Origin: Lysobacterales bacterium
GTDB taxonomy: Bacteria > Pseudomonadota > Gammaproteobacteria > Xanthomonadales > SZUA-5
Direction: 5' to 3'
DNA length: 64,000 bases
Assembly (NCBI GenBank): GCA_022844165.1
Contig: JALHMH010000005.1
Span: forward strand, 114,339-178,338
In this document: positions 57,208-64,000 of the stretch, in pieces
Numbering within the stretch: the stretch's first letter is position 1
Layout of the letters: the number at the start of each line of letters is the position of its first letter
Position numbers and translations under genes: made by a program
The notes under the pieces: generated by a model
What the model was told of the DNA's origin: nothing
What the model saw: only the letters and a program-made list of their open reading frames with translations
Database searches by the model: none

Positions 57208-58917
57208 TCAGGCAGCACAACCGTGCCGCACTTTCAGCGCCAGCGAATACTCGCCTTGCCAGAGCTCGATGCTGAGTTGATAGACTAATCGCATCCGCGC
57301 CGGCACCCGGGACAGCCATTCATCAGGCGCATTGAACCAAAGCGCGGTGAGCACCTGTGTGCCACGTCCGCGAATGCGCATTTTCAGGTGCTGATCTTTG
57401 AGAACTCGCTGTTCGACGACGACAAACTCGCCATCGAATTCAGGTTCTGGGAATCCTTGACCAAAAGGCCCTGCGTTTTCGATCTCCCGTGCCAGCTCGA
57501 ATCCGAGTTCGGCGGCAGTCAACTCGCCATCGGTGGCGATCACCCGAGCGAGTTGTTCGGCATCAAGTAGTGCTGCTGCAACGCTCACAAACCCGCGATC
57601 GAGCGCCGCGATCGCATCCCCAAGGATGCTCAAGCCTGCCGCCATGGCATGACCACCGAAGCGTTGCATAAGACCTGGATGCGCTACATCGAGCGAAACC
57701 AGCGCATCGCGCAAATGAAATCCGGAAATCGAACGCGCAGAACCGCGCCACGATCCATCATCGGCCGGCGCCAGGGCAATCGTCGGCCGATGCAATCGCT
57801 CAGCGAGGCGAGACGCAACCAAACCGACAACGCCCGGATGCCAGGACGAATCGTGCACCACCAATGCTGGTGGCAAATGTCCGCGCTGCGCGACGATGTC
57901 ATCGACAATGCTGTCTGCGCTGAACTGCATCTCCCGCTGCACCTCACGCCGTTCGCTGTTGAGCGCCGAGAGTTCCGCGGCGAGCAACCGCGCCTGATCA
58001 GGGTCATCGCACAGCAAACACCGGATACCAGTGTGCATATCTGCAAGTCGCCCAGCTGCATTCAGGCGCGGCGCGATCTGAAAGCCCAGGTCACGCGCCG
58101 AGATACGTGCCGGATCGCGGCCCGCGCTTTCAATCAAGGCCCGAACCCCGGCACTGGCACGCCCGGCAGCAATACGCTTCAGCCCCTCGGCAACAAGAAT
58201 ACGATTGGCCTGATCGAGCGGCACCAGATCCGCGACGGTACCGAGCGCAACCAGATCCAGCAGCGGCGCCAGCGGCGGTGTGATCTGACCACGACGGTTC
58301 AATGCGGCTCGTAGCGCGACCAGAACGTAGAACATGACGCCAACACCCGCCAGTCGCGCATAGCGCGGCGCCAGATTGCCGACATTCGGATTGACGATTG
58401 CCATCGCTTCTGGCAGCCGCGTTCCCGCCAGGTGGTGATCCGTCACGATGACATCCATGCCAGCAGAATTGGCGCAGGCAACGCCGTCGATACTGGAGGT
58501 TCCGTGATCGACCGTGACCAATACCTGCGGCGCACGCGCGCGCAATTCCTCTACCAGCGCAACAGACAGCCCGTAGCCATGGCGCCCGCGATCAGGCACC
58601 GCAAAATCGACGTACCTTGCACCCAGAAGTTTCAAACCGCGCACTGCGACAGCAGTCCCGGTCGCGCCATCAGCGTCGAAATCGCCAACGACCAAAATTC
58701 GCTCCTGCTGATCGAGCGCCGCCAGTAGACGCGCGACCGCCGCGTCGACGCCGGGTAAATCGTCGCCGCGCGGCAATGCGCTGAGCACTAGTTCCGCGCT
58801 GGCTAAATCGGTAATGCCGCGTGCGGCCAGAATGCGCGCCATCGCCGGCGAAAAGCGGTTGTGCAACGCAGGATCGTAACTCGGCACCACACGGCGCCGC
58901 AGCGTCACGCCGTCCAC
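57208..58917 (-). CDS. recJ: ssDNA-specific exonuclease RecJ
   Basis: GDFDADGAT, TDHH, ALGTVADLV, PRLNAAGR, GGHAMAAG and PFGQGFP motifs. Confidence 0.96.
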   Translation of the reverse strand: MDGVTLRRRVVPSYDPALHNRFSPAMARILAARGITDLASAELVLSALPRGDDLPGVDAAVARLLAALDQQERILVVGDFDADGATGTAVAVRGLKLLGARYVDFAVPDRGRHGYGLSVALVEELRARAPQVLVTVDHGTSSIDGVACANSAGMDVIVTDHHLAGTRLPEAMAIVNPNVGNLAPRYARLAGVGVMFYVLVALRAALNRRGQITPPLAPLLDLVALGTVADLVPLDQANRILVAEGLKRIAAGRASAGVRALIESAGRDPARISARDLGFQIAPRLNAAGRLADMHTGIRCLLCDDPDQARLLAAELSALNSERREVQREMQFSADSIVDDIVAQRGHLPPALVVHDSSWHPGVVGLVASRLAERLHRPTIALAPADDGSWRGSARSISGFHLRDALVSLDVAHPGLMQRFGGHAMAAGLSILGDAIAALDRGFVSVAAALLDAEQLARVIATDGELTAAELGFELAREIENAGPFGQGFPEPEFDGEFVVVEQRVLKDQHLKMRIRGRGTQVLTALWFNAPDEWLSRVPARMRLVYQLSIELWQGEYSLALKVRHGCAA

Positions 58918-59660
58918 GCAAGCATTCCAGCCGACGTGGCCGCAGGATCCGGCGCGGCCAATGGCACATCGGTCCCGGCATTGACGACGCGCCAGCCCGC
59001 TAATGCTCGGGCGTCGTCGTCCCCATAGTGATACAACCAGAGCCGGTCGCGAATCGCAGCGTGATAGTTGTCGAGATCAGCGAGGCCAGTATGCGAAGGA
59101 TTGCTGCGCACTGATACGTCATGGAAGATGGTCTCGCGCGGATATGCTGCAAGCTGATCTGGAATCGGCCGAGTATCACCGCTGTAGACGAAACTCCCGG
59201 GCAAAGCAAGGCCAAAGGCCGCATTCGGCGCGTGGTGGCGAACGGCAAAGACGTCGAACCGCAATCCGGCATGCCAGAAGCTTTCACTCACAGGGATGAG
59301 CTGGAATACATCCCAAAAGTTGCGTCCACCTTCGGCCACCCAGTTCGGGAAATCCGCGACGCGCCGCTGCAGAATCGGCACCAAGGACGCTGGTACATAC
59401 AACCTTGGCCACTTCGATTCGGCAAAGGCCAGCTGATAAAACCAGGGCTCCAGATCGGCGATATGGTCGAGATGGGCATGCGTAATGAACACTGCTTCAG
59501 GCTGTGCAGCAAGCGCTAAACCAAACCGAGACAGCGTATCGGGACCAATATCGATCAACAACAGCGGCTTTCCTTGCTGCAAGAGCACGGCACAGGAGCT
59601 GCCCAATCGCTTGGAAATCGCATTACCTACGCCGAGGAATCGCATCGCCAACGTTGTCAC
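58905..59660 (-). CDS. Metallo-beta-lactamase fold hydrolase
   Basis: FLGVG, THAHLDH (HxHxDH), YSGDT and LYHY motifs. Confidence 0.88.
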   Translation of the reverse strand: MTTLAMRFLGVGNAISKRLGSSCAVLLQQGKPLLLIDIGPDTLSRFGLALAAQPEAVFITHAHLDHIADLEPWFYQLAFAESKWPRLYVPASLVPILQRRVADFPNWVAEGGRNFWDVFQLIPVSESFWHAGLRFDVFAVRHHAPNAAFGLALPGSFVYSGDTRPIPDQLAAYPRETIFHDVSVRSNPSHTGLADLDNYHAAIRDRLWLYHYGDDDARALAGWRVVNAGTDVPLAAPDPAATSAGMLAWTA

Positions 59661-60364
59661 GCTCGATAAGCCCTATTCAGTTGCAGCCAGGCACGTTCGC
59701 CTTCGCCGCTGGCCATTTGCATGGGAAACAGCTTGCGCAGCGAACGCTCCAGTCGCGAAAGGTTCTGCGCTTGCCAGGCGCCGGGCATGCGCAGGGCGCC
59801 CCGATCCCAATCAATGATCCACACCTGGTTTCGTTGCAACAGTACGTTATGTGCGTTGAGATCCGCATGATCGAAACCGTGTCGATGAAAGTCCGCGATG
59901 CAGCGTCCGATGGCCGCCCAATCGACATCAGCGAAGCCACATGCCGCAGAATCAGACAGCGTTTCGCTGCCGTCGATCATCTGCATCGCCAAATCGCCGC
60001 CATAAAACAAACCGCGGCGCACGATCTGCGCCGCTACTGCGACCGGTGCCGGCAGATCCAATTGCGAAGCCCGCATCAAGAGCTGGAACTCTCGCCATGG
60101 GCGCGTGCCTTTCAGCCCGGCGTACAGGTAATGATCGCGATTCCATCGGCCGACGAATCCCCCGCGAAAATAATGGCGGATCACCAGGTCACCAGACGCG
60201 TCGACAATACGCCGCGCAGCACCGCGGCCACGCGCCAATTGCCGGCCCTCGCGTTCGAACCAATCTGCTCCTGGCGCACTCCCAAGCTGCGCGCGGCTGA
60301 ACAACACCGTTCGCGGCCCGTGCCGCGCAATACCGACTAGATCAGAATGCAGCACGGAAATCAC
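59657..60364 (-). CDS. kdkA: 3-deoxy-D-manno-octulosonic acid kinase
   Basis: GRG, RHYFRGG, REF, HADLNAHNVL, IDWD and NLSRLERS motifs. Confidence 0.9.
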   Translation of the reverse strand: MISVLHSDLVGIARHGPRTVLFSRAQLGSAPGADWFEREGRQLARGRGAARRIVDASGDLVIRHYFRGGFVGRWNRDHYLYAGLKGTRPWREFQLLMRASQLDLPAPVAVAAQIVRRGLFYGGDLAMQMIDGSETLSDSAACGFADVDWAAIGRCIADFHRHGFDHADLNAHNVLLQRNQVWIIDWDRGALRMPGAWQAQNLSRLERSLRKLFPMQMASGEGERAWLQLNRAYRA

Positions 60365-60376
60365 GGTCCCCTGGCC

Positions 60377-61438
60377 ATGAGCTCAAGCATAGCGAGCCCC
60401 AATCAACGTGTTTGCATTCTGCGCTTATCCGCGTTGGGTGATGTTGTACACATCGTGCCACTGGTGAGGGTGCTGAAGGCTCTGCAGATCGAACTGAGCT
60501 GGGTTTGTGGCCCCGGCGAAGCCAGACTGCTGGAGGGGCTCGAGGGCGTTCGATTCCATGTATACCGCAAGGCCGATGGCTTTGCGGGCATGCGCAGACT
60601 TTGGCGGGAACTTATGGACATCGAGTTCGATGCGCTATTGCTGATGCAACTGGCCTTGCGTGCGAATCTGCTCAGCCTGGGGATCCGCGCCAAACGGCGC
60701 ATCGGATACGACCAGGCCCGCAGCAAAGAGGGTCACGGTTTTTTCATCCACGAACGCATTGCCGAGCACCCTCGCGGCCACGTCATGGACACGCTGTTGC
60801 GGTTCCTTGAACCGTTAGGTGCGCCACTGCCCGCTGCACCCGTGTGGGACCTGCCAGTTCCAGAAGATGCGCACGCATTTGCCGCGCAGCACTTGCCGAG
60901 TGGCGCACGCTATCTGGGTATCAGTCCTTGTTCAAGCCATGCGCTTCGCAACTGGCGTGCAGAACGCTACGCGGCAGTGGCTGATGCGGCATTCGAGCGC
61001 TTCGGGCTACGAACGGTACTCTTGGGCGGGCGCAGCGAGCTCGAGACGACGATGCGCGATCGCATATTGAGCGCAATGCGTCAGAGCCAGCAGGCCATCG
61101 ATCTGGTGGGCAAAGACACATTGAAGCAACTTCTGGCCTTGTTACAGCGGCTGGATGTGTTGATCGCGCCAGATTCCGGTCCAGTGCACATCGCAAACGC
61201 ACTCGGCACGCCCGTCATTGGCCTCTACGCTGCCACCGATGCTAATCGCAGCGGGCCTTACCGCAACACACGCTGGTGCATCAATCGCTACGCTGAGGTT
61301 GCCAGACAGTTTTATCGCACAACCCCAGAGCGCCTGCCTTGGGGAAAACGCCTGGAACGGGAGGGCGTGATGGATATGATTGCCGTCGACGATGTGTTGG
61401 AGCGCCTCACTGCTCTCATCGCATGCGATACGCGCTGA
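60377..61438 (+). CDS. GT9 LPS core glycosyltransferase (OpsX-like heptosyltransferase)
   Basis: LRLSALGDV, DLVGK, PDSGPVH and GLYA motifs; divergent from kdkA. Confidence 0.88.
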   Translation: MSSSIASPNQRVCILRLSALGDVVHIVPLVRVLKALQIELSWVCGPGEARLLEGLEGVRFHVYRKADGFAGMRRLWRELMDIEFDALLLMQLALRANLLSLGIRAKRRIGYDQARSKEGHGFFIHERIAEHPRGHVMDTLLRFLEPLGAPLPAAPVWDLPVPEDAHAFAAQHLPSGARYLGISPCSSHALRNWRAERYAAVADAAFERFGLRTVLLGGRSELETTMRDRILSAMRQSQQAIDLVGKDTLKQLLALLQRLDVLIAPDSGPVHIANALGTPVIGLYAATDANRSGPYRNTRWCINRYAEVARQFYRTTPERLPWGKRLEREGVMDMIAVDDVLERLTALIACDTR

Positions 61439-61474
61439 TTCCGCGTTGAACCTCGGCGGTCGCCGGCGATGCGA

Positions 61475-61852
61475 TCACAGTGCCATCCAGCGCGGCAGCA
61501 AGATCAAGGCCCAGGTGGCAATCACGTTCAACATACAAAGGAACACCGCAGCAGATCCCATGTCTTTGGATCGACCCGCCAGTTCGTTAAACTCAGGCGT
61601 CGTCTTATCGACGATGGCTTCAATGGCCCCGTTGAGCAGCTCCGCTACGAGTACCAGCACCAGCGAGGACAGCATCAGTATGCGTTCAACGCTCGACCGC
61701 CCGAGCAATACCGCGAGCGGCGCCAGGACGATGAACAAATAAACCTCCAGGCGAAAAGAAGCCTCGAAGCGGAACGCAGCACGAAGTCCCTGGATCGAAT
61801 ACTGGGCCGCTTTGACCATTTGCCGCGGACCGCGACCTTCGATACTGGCCAT
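61475..61852 (-). CDS. dgkA: Diacylglycerol kinase
   Basis: YSIQGL, EASFRLE, ELLNGAIEAIVD and KDMGSAAV motifs. Confidence 0.93.
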   Translation of the reverse strand: MASIEGRGPRQMVKAAQYSIQGLRAAFRFEASFRLEVYLFIVLAPLAVLLGRSSVERILMLSSLVLVLVAELLNGAIEAIVDKTTPEFNELAGRSKDMGSAAVFLCMLNVIATWALILLPRWMAL

Positions 61853-61986
61853 TATGGGCGCAACCCTGAAAAACCAAACGTCATGCACACGACAAACACG
61901 ATCAAGTAGCTTTGTATGATGGCACTCGGATTGCGCAGGCAACAAGCGCAGATGGACAACCCCTTCACTTTCGCAAAAGGACGAAC

Positions 61987-62613
61987 ATGTTCGACGTCGA
62001 ACGGCTCCTGGGTCAGATGTTGAGCGGCGGAGTCAGCCGCAAGAAAAAACGCTCGAAGAGCAGCTTCGGAATTCCCGGCGTGAGTAACGCACAATTGGGC
62101 GTTGGCGCTGTTGGCTTAGCCATTGCTGCTTGGGAACACTTCAAGAATAAACAGCCTGCCGCCCCGGCACCAACTCCTTACCAGACCTTGCCACCGCAAG
62201 GTCCACCGCCACCGCCCATGGCGGCGCCACCGTTGTCGATGCCGCCACCAACCGTGGCGCCCGCGAACTCACGACAAGCAGATGCCACGCACCTGATTCG
62301 CGCCATGATCGCGGCGGCGAACGCAGATGGGTTGATCGATGCCGAAGAGCGCGCCGCGATTCTGGAGCGCGCGATGGAAGCCGGTCTCGATGCCGCCACA
62401 CAACAGTTTTTGATGGGCGAGCTGAAGTCACCGGCGGCACTGGAAGCCATCGTCGCCGCCACGCGACCCGAACTGCGTTTCGAGACCTACGCGGCCGCTT
62501 TGATCGCCATCAGCATCGATACAGACGCAGAGCGCGCCTATCTCGACCGACTTGCCGCCGGACTGGGATTGAATGCCGAAGACCGGCAGCGCGTGCACGA
62601 TCAAGTTGGCTAA
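61987..62613 (+). CDS. DUF533 (YebE/TerB-like) protein
   Basis: MFDVERLLGQML, Gly-rich TM, Pro-rich linker, RAMIAAANADGLIDAEER and ERAYLDRLA; AAGGA SD. Confidence 0.85.
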   Translation: MFDVERLLGQMLSGGVSRKKKRSKSSFGIPGVSNAQLGVGAVGLAIAAWEHFKNKQPAAPAPTPYQTLPPQGPPPPPMAAPPLSMPPPTVAPANSRQADATHLIRAMIAAANADGLIDAEERAAILERAMEAGLDAATQQFLMGELKSPAALEAIVAATRPELRFETYAAALIAISIDTDAERAYLDRLAAGLGLNAEDRQRVHDQVG

Positions 62614-62701
62614 TTTGGGCGCCATGGCTGACTGATGGCGGCCCGTTCCTGCACTTACCGCTTCGAAATACCGAATCGAAACCTTGAAGGGAGAACGATC
62701 C

Positions 62702-63712
62702 ATGCACCAGTGGTACTTCAGCTACAACGGCCAGCAGATGGGCCCGCTCGACCACGGCAGCGCCGCGTTGCAAGCGCAGCGTGATGCCAACGGTTATTGC
62801 TGGCGACAGGGTTTCGCCGAATGGGTGCCGATCGGAACCGTCGCCGAACTTAAGACACCAACCGGGCAAGGCATGGTCGCCACGCCACCACCGAGCATGG
62901 GCATGCAACGTAGCGACGAGATCGATTACACGATCTTCGGCGAAGACATGCAGTTCGTCGAAATCGAACTCGACCCAGGCGAGAGCTGCATCGCAGAAGC
63001 TGGCACGATGATGTACAAGGAAGCCGTGATCCGCATGGAGACCGTGTTCGGCGACGGAACGCAGCAAAGCGCAGGCGGCGGTTTCCTGGACAAGCTGGTC
63101 GGCGCTGGCAAGCGCCTGATCACAGGCGAGAGTTTGTTCACCACGGTTTTCACCAACGGCGCGCCGAGCGGTAAGGCCAAGGCGGCATTCGCAGCGCCCT
63201 ACCCTGGCACCATTATTCCGATGACGCTAAGCAACTTCGGCGGCCGCATCATTTGCCAGAAAGATGCATTTCTGTGCGCCGCGAAAGGTGTTTCGATCGG
63301 TGTTCACTTCCAGCGCAAAATCCTCACCGGCCTGTTTGGCGGCGAAGGATTCATCATGCAGAAGCTCGAGGGCGATGGCTTGGTATTCGTCCACGCTGGG
63401 GGCACCATCGTAGAACGTGAACTGCGCGCCGGAGAAGTCCTGCAAGTCGATACCGGGTGTGTGGTCGCCATGACCAGCCACGTGCAGTTCGACATTGAGC
63501 AAGTCGGTGGTATCAAGAGTGTACTGTTCGGCGGCGAAGGGCTGTTTTTCGCCAAACTGACCGGCCCCGGCCATGTATGGATGCAAAGCCTGCCGTTCTC
63601 CCGCCTCGCCGGCCGCATGCTGGCTGCGGCGTATCAGAAGGGCGGCTCGAAAGACGAGGGCTCGATCCTCGGTGGCCTCGGCGGCATCGTCAGCGGCGAC
63701 AGGGGGTTCTGA
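62702..63712 (+). CDS. AIM24 (TIGR00266) family protein with N-terminal GYF_2 (DUF4339) domain
   Basis: WYF...QMGP...WRQGFAEW (GYF_2); [26 protein letters not shown] and [11 protein letters not shown] motifs. Confidence 0.9.
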   Translation: MHQWYFSYNGQQMGPLDHGSAALQAQRDANGYCWRQGFAEWVPIGTVAELKTPTGQGMVATPPPSMGMQRSDEIDYTIFGEDMQFVEIELDPGESCIAEAGTMMYKEAVIRMETVFGDGTQQSAGGGFLDKLVGAGKRLITGESLFTTVFTNGAPSGKAKAAFAAPYPGTIIPMTLSNFGGRIICQKDAFLCAAKGVSIGVHFQRKILTGLFGGEGFIMQKLEGDGLVFVHAGGTIVERELRAGEVLQVDTGCVVAMTSHVQFDIEQVGGIKSVLFGGEGLFFAKLTGPGHVWMQSLPFSRLAGRMLAAAYQKGGSKDEGSILGGLGGIVSGDRGF

Positions 63713-63716
63713 CCGG

Positions 63717-63741
63717 TTTTGTTCGGCAACGCCGAACAAAA
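63717..63741. repeat. Perfect 11-bp hairpin preceding the tandem array
   Basis: TTTTGTTCGGC-AAC-GCCGAACAAAA, 4 bp after the AIM24 stop codon. Confidence 0.75.
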
Positions 63742-64000
63742 TGCGGCGCATGCGCCGCAAGATCAGAACGCCAGCGCATGGATGCGCTGGCAGGAGCCAG
63801 GAGCCATGGATGGCTGCTTGACAGAGAGTGTTCGGGGGCGATGCGGCGCATGCGCCGCAAGATCAGAACGCCAGCGCATGGATGCGCTGGCAGGAGCCAG
63901 GAGCCATGGATGGCTGCTTGACAGAGAGTGTTCGGGGGCGATGCGGCGCATGCGCCGCAAGATCAGAACGCCAGCGCATGGATGCGCTGGCAGGAGCCAG
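63741..64000. repeat. Exact 100-bp tandem repeat of at least 2.6 copies, each with three palindromes; runs off the window end
   Basis: Identical units at 63741-63840, 63841-63940 and 63941-64000 (partial). Confidence 0.97.

Noticed and set aside
63717-63741. Intrinsic terminator for the AIM24 gene
   Set aside because: The T run precedes and the A run follows the stem, so there is no U-tract after the hairpin on either strand
63741-64000. CRISPR array or coding repeat
   Set aside because: Units are identical over all 100 bp with no variable spacers, and there are no cas genes in the window; 100 is not a multiple of 3, so the overlapping ORFs are unlikely to be real

Overview
About 60% GC chromosomal core region of a Xanthomonadales (Lysobacterales)-type gammaproteobacterium; the taxonomy is inferred from yggS/pilT, class III phaEC, kdkA/opsX and the YtrA-ABC operon. 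It holds about 50 mostly housekeeping genes: mgtE, FdhF/YdeP, yggS, pilT, a TonB-dependent receptor, a PlpD-like patatin, can, mtgA, phaEC, purMN, yjgA, pmbA, iaaA, folC, acnA, a GntR-ABC operon, rsmE, two glycosyltransferases, cysS, dedD-cvpA-purF, Lhr/PdeM, a Ser/Thr kinase, a stand-alone EF-G paralog, recJ, kdkA, opsX and dgkA. I saw no rRNA, tRNA, CRISPR array, integrase or transposase. The most notable signals are: (1) an exact 100-bp tandem array at the right edge whose units carry hairpins with CAUGGAUG/CAGGAG motifs, resembling an amplified CsrA/RsmA sponge; (2) an orphan EF-G paralog with an altered switch I and a long structured leader containing a uORF; (3) a probable ~16-kb inversion separating folC from dedD-cvpA-purF; (4) a GT4-coiled-coil plus GT2-GT2 pair with ruler-like architecture; (5) phaEC coupled to mtgA; (6) a frameshifted Uma2 gene. 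All calls come from reading motifs by eye; no database searches were run.
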